Source: Alkalispirochaeta sp.
Lineage (GTDB): Bacteria; Spirochaetota; Spirochaetia; DSM-27196; Alkalispirochaetaceae
Reading direction: 5' to 3'
Length of the DNA stretch: 64,000 nucleotides
NCBI GenBank assembly: GCA_965242725.1
Contig: CBDESZ010000026.1
Span: forward strand, 64,001 to 128,000
Shown: in pieces, positions 9,946 through 18,618 of the stretch
How positions within the stretch are numbered: position 1 is the first letter of the stretch
Layout of the letters: every line of letters begins with the position of its first letter
The notes under the pieces: generated by a model
The model's database searches: none
The model's input: the letters and a program-made list of their open reading frames with translations, nothing else
What the model was told of the DNA's origin: nothing
Translations under genes and position numbers: made by a program

Positions 9946-10011
9946 ATGCGAATATTCGTGGATGCAAACATCCTTTTTTCCGCCGCATATGCCGACCTTC
10001 GTGCTATCTGA
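9946..10011 (+). pseudogene. Truncated PIN-domain toxin (N-terminal 21 aa only)
   Basis: MRIFVDANILFSAAYADLRAI*: first PIN strand/helix directly after the antitoxin, then stop. Confidence 0.75.
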
Positions 10012-10476
10012 CCTTTGTGACCCCCATTCCCCTGGGAAGAGCCGGAAAAATGACGTCTTTTGTTCCATACCGGACTTCCGGCGGGTACCAGACATAGCAG
10101 GGTTTTCCATCGTGGCCGGGATCGATAAGGATCATCAGCAGCTCGGGATAGGTGATCATCTTGGAAAATGGTCCCGTCTCGCCCCGGTTCAAGATGTGTA
10201 TGGCATCCTCTTCCGATGTATGTTCCGGGAACTCCGTGCGGCCGTAAAAAGCGGCGACGTAGCGGACGGCGGCATACCGGGGAAATCTCGGCCTGGCCGC
10301 CTCGCGTTCAAAAAACTCCCGGTCCGCTTCAAGACACGTTTCAAACTCGTCCCATTTCACACCGATCGTTTCTGGATATTCCGCTGAATCCTGCCACCCA
10401 TTCCGACGTAAACCTGCCACCTTGGGAGGGTTTGCAACCTCGCGTCAGCCAGCATAGGGTGCCGGCAGGTTTGGCG

Positions 10477-11211
10477 TCAATCTGAAGTGCTCTTTCGGCG
10501 TCTACTCGCTCCTTTTAGTTCAAATATCCATGGTGTATGGGCAAGGCGATCCATGATCGCGTCGGCGATAGTTGGCTCTCCGATGATTTCGTGCCACGCG
10601 CCAATCGGCACCTGGCCGGTGATGATCGTACCGGCTTTGTTATACCGGTCGTCGAGTATCTCGAGAAGGGAGAGGCGGTCATCGGCGTTCAACGGGCTGA
10701 GTCCGAAGTCGTCGATGATGAGTAATCCGGTTTTGGCAAATCGCCTGATCTCGTCGAAGTAGCTCCCGTCGGCGCGCGCAAGCCGGAGCGTCGGAAACAA
10801 TTTGGTTGCCCGCACGTAGCGCGTAGATATCCCCCGGAGACACGCTTCATGACCGAAAGCACAAGCGAGGTAGCTTTTCCCGGCGCCGGTCGGTCCGGTA
10901 ATGAGCATGGTCTCGCCACGCTCAACCCATTCCATTGTGGAGAGATTGCTCACGGTATCCCGGTCGAGATTGCGTTCCGGGCTGAACTCAATGGCATCGA
11001 TCGCCGCGGGGATACGTAGACCGGCCTGACGGAGCAGCCGTTCGGTCTTTCGTGTTTTTCTGAGATTCAATTCCGCCTCGGCCATCTGGGCAACGAGCTC
11101 ACCGGTGGTCGGGGCACTATTCGGCCCAAGACGGGCCGAGGCTTCGTATACGTCGGCCATTGCAGAAAGTTTCAGCGTCCGCAGCGTTTCAACGGTTTGT
11201 AGACGGTTCAT
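10477..11211 (-). CDS. istB: IS21 helper ATPase
   Basis: GPTGAGKS Walker A, LLIIDDFG Walker B, IADAIMDRL, LKGASRR. Confidence 0.95.
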   Translation of the reverse strand: MNRLQTVETLRTLKLSAMADVYEASARLGPNSAPTTGELVAQMAEAELNLRKTRKTERLLRQAGLRIPAAIDAIEFSPERNLDRDTVSNLSTMEWVERGETMLITGPTGAGKSYLACAFGHEACLRGISTRYVRATKLFPTLRLARADGSYFDEIRRFAKTGLLIIDDFGLSPLNADDRLSLLEILDDRYNKAGTIITGQVPIGAWHEIIGEPTIADAIMDRLAHTPWIFELKGASRRRKSTSD

Positions 11212-12797
11212 ACGTGCACTCCGTGGCGTTGGTAGGAGGCACGACCGCGAATATTGCTGTGAGGAGGAATTGAGCGGTCTGATTCGTCGGGTTCACCTGC
11301 CGATGTATCGAGTCCACGCTCAAGAATCCGTTTTAGATTCTTATAGGTCGGTACGCCGATCGTATTAGCGAAGCGACACGCCGCCTCGAGACGAGTGCGA
11401 GAATACGTCTTGGGAAGATTGAGGATACCCAGGCAGCTTTTGAATGCCTGTTGCGGCACCTCCCGGGCATCGAGCACCGCCTGAATGCACCGTTCTGTTT
11501 CCGGCCCGATATCCGCCGCCCACGAAAGGAGCCTGTCCGGACCCAACTCGTCGTGGAAGCGGTGTTCCGGTGTCATATGGTCGCGATTGGTCGTGTACTG
11601 ATGCGCTCCCGTTTCGCGACGGTGAAATGCGATCCTCACGTTCTTGTGGTAAATCTCTATCTCTCGGTGGGTATAGGAGATACGCACTTTCAGTCCGCGA
11701 TAATCGGCAGGAACGCTATAGTAGTGTTTATCCACCGGGAAGAAGACGTGGTAATTCTTTTGCACGGTGATCGGGCTGGTATAGAGCCGGACCTCATATG
11801 GTTCGGCAGGCAACGGACGAAGGCACTCCTTCTCGATCGCATCAAACCGTTCTTTCCGGCTGATGCCGACTTTCTGCATCGCTCGATCATTCAGACCGTC
11901 CAGGTTCTCCCACATCGCCGTGTTCAACTCGTCAACGGTGGTAAACGTTCGGTTCCGCAGCGGTGCAAGAATGCGCGTGTAGACCAGTCGTACCGCAGCT
12001 TCCACCAACGCTTTATCTCTCGGTTTCTTGACGCGCGCCGGCACAACGGCGCATCCGTAGTAGTGGCTGAAGACATCAAACGAAAAATTGATTCCCGGCT
12101 CGTATCGACTTGGTGTATCCACCGCCGCTTTCAGATTGTCGGGGACGAGGATTTTGGGAGCGCCTCCGGCATATTCCATCGCGTGGGTGGTGCAGCGAAT
12201 GGTGTGTTCGGTGTCCTGCGATATCGTCGCCTCGGTGTAAATCAATCCGCCTGAGGGAAACACCGCCACATACAGTTCCACAGGGATATGAATCCCCGTT
12301 TTCGGATCGACGATGAACGGACGGTCTCCGGCATAGTCGAGAAACATCTTTTCCCCCGGCTCGTGATGGAGGTGCATCGATAGTTCCGAGTCCTCCGTGT
12401 ACATCCGCATGTGCTGACAGAACTGGGAATACTGATACCCCTCGGGGTGCTCGGCGATGTATTCTTCCCACAAAATCTGTCGGGTCACCACGCCCATACG
12501 GTCGCGGCGTCGCCCCAGCTCGTTGACCATTCCCGGCATCAGATTCATCAGAACTTCGTATCGTGGATCATGACGCCGTGTTTCGCTATCCCGCAAACGC
12601 TCGAGCAACTCATCGTCGCTCATCGTCTCCACATCCGCCCATTTCAGTCCGGCATTTTCTGCCTGTTTGAGATACTCCGTCACCACCGGCCGGGATACGG
12701 CCAGTGCGCGGCTGATCTTCCGGATGGATAATCCGGAAGACTCGTTCAACCGAATGATTTCTCGTATTTTACTCATGCTGATCCTCGCTTTCGGCAT
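11208..12797 (-). CDS. istA: IS21 transposase
   Basis: N-terminal HTH, GEKMFLDYAG, VPDNLKAAV, PRDKALVE; start ATG 12797 behind GAGGAGG. Confidence 0.95.
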   Translation of the reverse strand: MPKARISMSKIREIIRLNESSGLSIRKISRALAVSRPVVTEYLKQAENAGLKWADVETMSDDELLERLRDSETRRHDPRYEVLMNLMPGMVNELGRRRDRMGVVTRQILWEEYIAEHPEGYQYSQFCQHMRMYTEDSELSMHLHHEPGEKMFLDYAGDRPFIVDPKTGIHIPVELYVAVFPSGGLIYTEATISQDTEHTIRCTTHAMEYAGGAPKILVPDNLKAAVDTPSRYEPGINFSFDVFSHYYGCAVVPARVKKPRDKALVEAAVRLVYTRILAPLRNRTFTTVDELNTAMWENLDGLNDRAMQKVGISRKERFDAIEKECLRPLPAEPYEVRLYTSPITVQKNYHVFFPVDKHYYSVPADYRGLKVRISYTHREIEIYHKNVRIAFHRRETGAHQYTTNRDHMTPEHRFHDELGPDRLLSWAADIGPETERCIQAVLDAREVPQQAFKSCLGILNLPKTYSRTRLEAACRFANTIGVPTYKNLKRILERGLDTSAGEPDESDRSIPPHSNIRGRASYQRHGVHV

Positions 12798-12905
12798 TCG
12801 GTTCCTCCTCATCAATCACGATGACGAGATCCAACGTTTCTTGCGAGGATGCAAATCTCCATTCCGATACAAACCTGCCACCCGTTACGATGACCGCCGA
12901 AAATT

Positions 12906-12982
12906 GGCAGGTTTACGTCGGAATACCCGGCAGGTTTAGCCCGGAATGGGTGGCAGGTTTAAATCGTAACAGCCGGCAGGTT
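12906..12982. repeat. IS21 subterminal transposase-binding repeats
   Basis: GGCAGGTT(T) at 12906, 12929, 12952 and 12975 (23-bp period); inverted copies near 10390-10420. Confidence 0.85.
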
Positions 12983-13242
12983 CGGGGCGTAATTTCCAGT
13001 TTCGAGGTAGGGGAGGGGGATGCGCTTGTCCATCGCGTCATAGCGACGTCGCTGATGGTCGAGTCGTCGTGCAAAATTGGGTCGTTCCGTATCGTAGCCG
13101 AGGGCTCTCCCGATCGTTCGACGTGCATCAGGTCCGGTAAAACTTTTACTTTTCCAGGCGACATATCGTTTGGTATAGAAAAACCGTTCGTATCCCGGCG
13201 TCCGATTGTCTTTCGGTACAAAGGTGTCAAAGAAGTTCGCCT

Positions 13243-13398
13243 TCATGCTTCTGTATCCCGGAAAAAGTCCCTGCCGAGTTTTTCCCGGAGTTCCCGAGTA
13301 TCAATATCCATGAGGGCACGGATTCCTTTAATGACCTGCCGTGCGTATGCCGATCCGGCATCAATTGTTTCTTTGAATAACTGCTTTTCCGTCTGCAT
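13243..13398 (-). CDS. 51-aa hypothetical protein (below the ORF-track size cutoff)
   Basis: AGGAGGAG SD; MQTEKQLFKETIDAGSAYARQVIKGIRALMDIDTRELREKLGRDFFRDTEA*; ATGA overlap with the 203-aa gene. Confidence 0.75.
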   Translation of the reverse strand: MQTEKQLFKETIDAGSAYARQVIKGIRALMDIDTRELREKLGRDFFRDTEA

Positions 13399-13480
13399 AG
13401 ACTGCTCCTCCTGTATAGGTGATCCGAGCAGTGCGTACGGTGTACAGGCAGAAACTTCCGGCAGGCAGTGAATACCTTCT

Positions 13481-13595
13481 CACATCGTTCCGGGACGCGC
13501 TGTCATATGCGTCTCCAGTCGGCTGTGGCACCTTGCCGTGGAGGCAGGTTGCCGGGCGATCTCAGGGCCGTTTCCCTCACGCCACTCGTGATGTT
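13481..13595 (-). ncRNA. SAM-I (S-box) riboswitch aptamer
   Basis: ACAUC-ACGAG-UGGCG-UGAGGGA-AAC-GGCCC-UGAGA-UCGCC-CGGCAACC-(UGCC/GGCA stem)-AGGUGCC...GGAAC-GAUGU matches the S-box landmarks AUCnnGAG, GAGGGA, GGCCC, GCAACC, GGUGC, GAnnGAU; P1 = ACAUC/GAUGU. Confidence 0.85.
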
Positions 13596-13601
13596 GGGTA
13601 A

Positions 13602-13630
13602 AACCTATCAGATATGGCATCGCCTGTCAA
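13602..13630 (-). promoter_or_regulatory. sigma70 promoter of the riboswitch leader
   Basis: TTGACA-17 nt-TAGGTT with TGn extension; predicted start near 13595, at the 5' end of P1. Confidence 0.7.
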
Positions 13631-13700
13631 TAGTATGGAAATTTGAGTGGGATAACGAAATAAATAGAGATAATGATAAATTTAATTGGCCGGCGATTCA

Positions 13701-14693
13701 CTACCGGTACCGCCCCGCCGTCTCCTGAAAACACTTCTTTGCCCGCTCCCGAAGTTCCGGCGGCTCCAGGACTTCCGCATTGGGACCCCACTGGGAGACC
13801 CAGAAAAGCACCTGCGACTGCTGGTTGGTGCGGAAACGGACGATAATGCCGCCGTCGGGGAGGCGTTCCACTTTCTGATCGTGGTGCCAGCGTCGCTCGG
13901 GGATTTTGGTGGCCGCCTCGCCGTCAAACCTGACGGCGATATCCACGGCGCCCTCGTTGACGAAGACGCCGAATGACGGGTCGATGTAGCTTTCCACAGA
14001 GAACCCGTCGGGACGGGTGAAGGTCTCCTTGCGAAGACGGGCTTGTTTGATCCGGTAGAGGGCGTAGATCCGTACCTCCTCGTGGTGGTGGGACCAGCAC
14101 AGCAGGTACCATTCACCGCGATGACCGACGAGATGCAGGGGATCAATGACGCGGATCGCCGTCTTGTCGTGCGCCGGTGCCTGGTAGTGGATTGCGATGG
14201 TGCGCTGTTTGTAGAGACCCTCCCGGACGACCGACCACACCTTCTTGTCGATCCCGGTGACGGGGTCGGAAATCACCGAGACGTGGGCGACGAGATCCTC
14301 GGAGCTGACGGTGACGTTGTCCGGAAGGAGGGTAGCGAGGCGCTTGTAGACGGACCTGAGTTGTTCATACCAGGGGCTGTTGCGATAGCCTTCCAGGGCG
14401 CGGTCGCCAACCATCAATGCCATCAGATCGCCCTCGGTGAGGTCCAGCGCCGGCAACTGCCAGGACATATCGCCGTAGTAGAAGCCTTTTTGGTGCCTGT
14501 CGAACTCAATGGGGGCGCCCCGGTCCCTCATCTTCTCGATGTCCCGCTGGATGGTACGGGTGGTGACCTCTTCAATGTTTTCATCGGACAGACCGCGAAC
14601 GATGTCCGCAGCGGAAGGGTAGTCCCGTTTGTTCCGAAGGCGTCCGTCGATATAGGCGATTCTGGTGGTGATGGCGCGGTAGCTCATAGGCAT
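13701..14693 (-). CDS. wHTH-WYL-WCX transcriptional regulator (YafY/PafBC/DriD-like)
   Basis: HTH (EVTTRTIQRDIEKMRD), IDPLHLV...GEWYLLCWS...RIYALYRI, C-terminal WGPNAEVLEPPELRE. Confidence 0.93.
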   Translation of the reverse strand: MPMSYRAITTRIAYIDGRLRNKRDYPSAADIVRGLSDENIEEVTTRTIQRDIEKMRDRGAPIEFDRHQKGFYYGDMSWQLPALDLTEGDLMALMVGDRALEGYRNSPWYEQLRSVYKRLATLLPDNVTVSSEDLVAHVSVISDPVTGIDKKVWSVVREGLYKQRTIAIHYQAPAHDKTAIRVIDPLHLVGHRGEWYLLCWSHHHEEVRIYALYRIKQARLRKETFTRPDGFSVESYIDPSFGVFVNEGAVDIAVRFDGEAATKIPERRWHHDQKVERLPDGGIIVRFRTNQQSQVLFWVSQWGPNAEVLEPPELRERAKKCFQETAGRYR

Positions 14694-14701
14694 AGTGTTG
14701 A

Positions 14702-14726
14702 ATATTTGAGCATCATTTTCAAATAT
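14702..14726. promoter_or_regulatory. Palindromic operator upstream of the WYL gene
   Basis: ATATTTGA-N9-TCAAATAT perfect inverted repeat 8 nt upstream of the start. Confidence 0.6.
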
Positions 14727-14763
14727 CTATAGTATTAGGCGGTCTGGACGGATATCTTGCGTC

Positions 14764-15162
14764 TCAGCCGGATCCGCGCAGCACTTCCAGAAAAACGCGT
14801 GGCGACACTACGAGCTTTTCGGGAGGAAAGTGTTTGTCGTTTCCCGTGACGAGATAATCGGCACCGCCCGAAATCGCCACCTCGTAGAATGGGATGTCGT
14901 CGGAATCAGGAACCACTTCCTTGGCGGGCGCGGCGGTAATGTAGGTGCTGTCGTATTCCAGGTACTCCAGGAGTGACTGGATGTAATCAACGGGAAAGTG
15001 AAACTTCGGACGTAGAAGAACTTTTCGATATTCGGATAGAATTCGATCGTCGACAAGGACGGTCACCGACTTGTTGAGTACGGCGTTGAGAATCGAGCCG
15101 GGTGCTCCATGTGGATTCAGAACTCCGGAAATCAGAACGTTGGTATCGAGAACAATGCGCAC
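14764..15162 (-). CDS. PIN-domain toxin (PIN_3 type)
   Basis: MRIVLDTNVLISG, PDSDDIPFYEVA...ADYLVTGNDKHF. Confidence 0.9.
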   Translation of the reverse strand: MRIVLDTNVLISGVLNPHGAPGSILNAVLNKSVTVLVDDRILSEYRKVLLRPKFHFPVDYIQSLLEYLEYDSTYITAAPAKEVVPDSDDIPFYEVAISGGADYLVTGNDKHFPPEKLVVSPRVFLEVLRGSG

Positions 15163-15446
15163 TAGGAACGCTCACGACGAACCGCGTCGATTTCGGCCTG
15201 TATCTCCGCTTCGGTCATTGTATCGAGCCCGTTCTCTTGGGCGGTTTTCCGCAACTGACGAAGCGCATTTGCCGCTCGGGCGCTGCGAACTGCAGACAGC
15301 GTTTCTTCAAGTGTCTCCCCTGAAAGTGGAGTGAGCAATGCGATCGGCTTTCCGTTGTTTGTGATCACCATCTCCTGCTCCGTCGGAAGCTGTTTCCAGA
15401 TTGCCGCCGGAGAGGTTCGGATGTCACGGACGGTGATGAACTTCAT
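15162..15446 (-). CDS. Phd/YefM-family antitoxin
   Basis: MKFITVRDIR...MVITNNGKPIALLTP; coupled to the PIN gene. Confidence 0.88.
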   Translation of the reverse strand: MKFITVRDIRTSPAAIWKQLPTEQEMVITNNGKPIALLTPLSGETLEETLSAVRSARAANALRQLRKTAQENGLDTMTEAEIQAEIDAVRRERS

Positions 15447-15501
15447 GTCTTTATAATCATTCTATTGTCACTTGATTGTCAACGATTCTTGTGCTCATAC
15501 G

Positions 15502-17814
15502 TTAAAACCCAATCCCCCGCGTCCGGTCCCGGCTCCGGGCGTTTGACAGGATCTCTCCAACGACGACGGCAGCCTGCACCGGGACTGCCGGCTCCTCCGT
15601 CAATGGCGTCTCGTCCCTCCCAATCTCCAGCATCTCCGCGGCCGTGGCGAGGTCGCTCATCATGAGGGGAGGCCCCTGCCCGAGGGCGGCGATATCGCCG
15701 TCGGTAAAGGTGACATCCGGAAAGATGTAGGCCAGTGCCGGGCGCAGCACATCTTCGTCGATGGCACCGAAGGTGACGTGCTTGTGGAATCGTCTGCGGA
15801 GGGCGGGGTCCACGGCGTCCACCCGGTTGGTGCAGGCGATGAGGATTCCGCTATACTCCTGGATCTACTGGAGGAACTCGGCGATTTGGGAGTGCTCCCA
15901 GGAGCGATGGGCGATGGACCGATCGTAGAGGAGGGCGTCTGCCTCGTCGATGATAAGGACCGAGCCGGCACGGGCGGCGGTGCGGAATGCCGCTGCGATC
16001 TGCTCTTCCGACTCTCCCACATATTTTGAGAGCAGGTCCGACGGGCGCTTGAGCAGGACGTCCCGGCCCAGGCGCTTTGCGAGCCACAGGGCGTACTGCG
16101 TCTTGCCGCCGCCGGGAGGCCCGCCAAAAAGGAGGCGCAATCCCTGTCCGGCCTGCGCGCGATGCGACGCCTGGCGTTCAACTCGATCCAGAGATTCCGA
16201 AGTGGAACAGAATCGGGGGTCGAAGGAGCGGGCGACCGTCGGCAGGCGGCGGACGTCACGGGCGAGGGCGCCGGTGGAGATCCGGTCGATGTAGCCGGAG
16301 ACGCGCCGGTGTACGTCGGCGGGACTGAGGTGCCCGGTGTTCAGTTCCGCGGCGATGATCCGGGCGGTACGGTCGATGGCGGCAGGGGTGATGTCGTATC
16401 GTGCGGCGATGTCGTGGAGCAAGGGGGCGATCCCGGCCGGATCGTGAACGAGGGGTGAGAGGCGTTCCGTGAGCATCCGGACTCTCGTGTCGATGGCGGG
16501 GCGGGGAAAGGCGAGGACGTGACCGAAGCGGCGCATGGCGGAGGTGGGAATCATGCGGTGGTCGTTGGTGATCCAGACGGTGGCCACCGGAAGGTGCTCG
16601 AGCAGGTCGTTGAGGACTCCCTTGTCGTAGCTCCCGCCGTCCAGACCGCCCCCCAAGAGGCCGAAGAAGGCGGCGGCGCTCTGGAGAATGGAGTCGGCTT
16701 CATCGATGATGAGGACGTCCGTGGCGGGGGAAAGCAGATTGGCTGCCATTCGGATTGCATTGAAGCGGCTCCCTTCCGCTTCGGCGCGACGTGGTCCATG
16801 GGAGTATTCGGACCGGCGGTTTTGCGCCGCGAGGGTGTGACCGGTGAGACCGAGGGAGTGGATGAGAGCGCGGGCAAACTCGGTCTTGCCGATCCCCGGC
16901 TCTCCGGCGATAAGCAGGGGGTAGACGCCGCGGACCGCTGCGGCGCAGGTGCGTATTTCGTCGGCGGGCAGCGGGAACTCGTCGAGCGGGAACCGCGGGG
17001 AGGGTGTGTCGTCAAAGAGCCCGGCCGTGAGGTCATCGAGGGTGTCGGATCGGAGTGCGAAAAGAAGGGGACGGCTGACGTTGATATCGAAAATTTCGTC
17101 GCGACCGCCCCGGAAGGCGATGAGACCGAGACGCTCCAGGGGGGAACCGGGGGCGGTCTCCCGGACAAAGGCGGGAACGTCGGTGTCGGCGGCGTCTGCA
17201 ATGATCGACATCTGGGTGCGATGGGTTGCCTGATGCATGAGGCCGGCCATCGGTTCGATATCCTCGAGGGTGTACAGTGCCATGAGAATCCGGATGTCGA
17301 GGGGCGACAGGGTGAAGATGCGGGCAATCTCTTCGACGATCGGCGGGAAGGGAGGGAAGGGCGGGACGGACTCCGCGCCGGCGCTGCTTTCTTTTGCGTC
17401 TATGTCGTCTTTGTTGTCGGCGTGGTCGTTCCGGTCGACCTGGTAGACCAGGTCGGCGATGAGATCCACGACGATGGGGTGGATCGTCTCGTTGTTGCGA
17501 CCGATGCGGTAACAGATTTGCCGCAGGCGGCGCGGGGACGCGTGCGGGGCCTCCAACTCGCTGACCGCGTCCGGCGGCAGTCTGAGGAGTTCTTTCTGCT
17601 CCAGTATGCGGGCGATGAGGGTGTGAAGTTCTTCCGGCTCGGAAACCGTAAGGGCAAACTGGACGAGGTCGTCCGATGGCGAGAGGTGTTCAGCGCATAT
17701 GCGAAAGACGTAGCGGTGGTACGCCTTCCAGTGCGTGTCTATCGGTCTCTGAAGGCGTGAGCGGCCTCCGCGCTTCCGGGTGAGGTGTTCATGGTGTCGT
17801 TGTTGTGGCGTCAT
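15502..17814 (-). pseudogene. Double-AAA+ ATPase (770 codons) with in-frame TAG at 15865-15867
   Basis: Walker A GEPGIGKT and GPPGGGKT, two IIDEAD Walker B; frame continues after the TAG as IQEYSGILIACTNRVDAVDPALRRRF...RGIGF. Confidence 0.85.
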
Positions 17815-17821
17815 GTACAGG

Positions 17822-17855
17822 AAGGTAGCCGGTGGTCCGCGACTTAGAGTGTCGC
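17822..17855 (-). promoter_or_regulatory. Palindromic box plus -10, leaderless promoter of the AAA ATPase
   Basis: GCGACACTCTAAGTCGC-N11-TACCTT-N7-ATG; no SD, no -35. Confidence 0.7.
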
Positions 17856-17939
17856 CGGGACTGACTGTTACGTTTTTTGCAAAAGACCACGTTTCTGCCG
17901 GGTTGCACGTTGACTGGTTTGGGCCCGCCCACTTCGCCG

Positions 17940-18464
17940 TTACCGCCCGCCCGACGGTCCTCGCTTCAGAAACTCCCGCTGCGCCGGCGTCTCGGGAAGA
18001 GAGCCGACCCCCGCGATCTCCCGCGAGGCGACCGGGTAATCATAGCCGAGGGACATGAGGACGGCGACGGCAAACATTCCCGTCCGGCCGATGCCGGCGG
18101 CGCAGTGAATGAAGACCCGCTCTCCGTTGTCGATCAGCTCCGCAACGTGACGGGCGGTATTCCAGAAGCGCCCCGCAGCGAAGAGGGCGGGCGCCTGGAG
18201 GTCGTCTATCGGGAGGTCTATCAGCGTGACCCGGCTCTTCCCGGTACCGTCCGCCTGACGGTGCCGGCGCCGTTCCCGCCACACCCGGTACTGCGGACTC
18301 TCTGCCGCGATCTGCTCTTCCGGTGCGAGGCAGACCACCGTACCGATGCGGTGCTCCTCCATCTCACGGAGCCACCGGGAAAAATTTCCCGCGAGGCGCC
18401 CCGCAAATTTGCGCCCGGGCATCGCGTCCAGATACAGCCTGTTTTTCCACGTTCTCATGCTCAT
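17940..18464 (-). CDS. Dual-specificity/tyrosine phosphatase-like protein (CX5R)
   Basis: LPIDDLQAP acid loop, FIHCAAGIGRTG P-loop, PETPAQREF; start set at 18464 from promoter geometry. Confidence 0.88.
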   Translation of the reverse strand: MSMRTWKNRLYLDAMPGRKFAGRLAGNFSRWLREMEEHRIGTVVCLAPEEQIAAESPQYRVWRERRRHRQADGTGKSRVTLIDLPIDDLQAPALFAAGRFWNTARHVAELIDNGERVFIHCAAGIGRTGMFAVAVLMSLGYDYPVASREIAGVGSLPETPAQREFLKRGPSGGR

Positions 18465-18471
18465 GCTATGG

Positions 18472-18507
18472 ATACTATTGTACCGTGGGCGACAGGGAGT
18501 GTCGTAT
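18472..18507 (-). promoter_or_regulatory. Palindromic box plus -10, leaderless promoter of the phosphatase
   Basis: ATACGACACTCCCTGTCGC-N11-TAGTAT-N7-ATG, same geometry as at 17822-17855. Confidence 0.72.
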
Positions 18508-18618
18508 GTTCGAGGCACGCCACGATACCGTTTTACCAATGCAAAACATATTAGTTGTTTTCTGGTGCATAGAGGATAATATAATATATGTGGGCATATA
18601 ATTATAATGGAGGCGACG

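Larger units (their letters stand above)
10373..12998 (-). mobile_element. Complete IS21-family insertion sequence (2626 bp)
   Basis: Imperfect terminal IRs TGGATATTCCGC / TGGAAATTACGC with TG...CA ends; TSD GTTTC at 10368-10372 and 12999-13003; istA-istB; subterminal repeats. Confidence 0.95.
10004..13246 (-). pseudogene. 203-aa hypothetical protein interrupted in frame by IS21 (5' part 12999-13246, 3' part 10004-10367)
   Basis: Removing the IS and one GTTTC copy joins ...RIPLPYLE-T-IGVKWDEF... in frame (612 nt). Confidence 0.85.

Noticed and set aside
12870..12998. Regularly spaced GGCAGGTTT repeats resembling a mini-CRISPR or iterons
   Set aside because: The 23-bp-period repeats lie inside the IS21 end and are mirrored at the other end; no cas or rep gene is present
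15865..15867. Pyrrolysine or genome-wide TAG recoding
   Set aside because: TAG is used as a normal stop in many genes here and no pyl genes are visible
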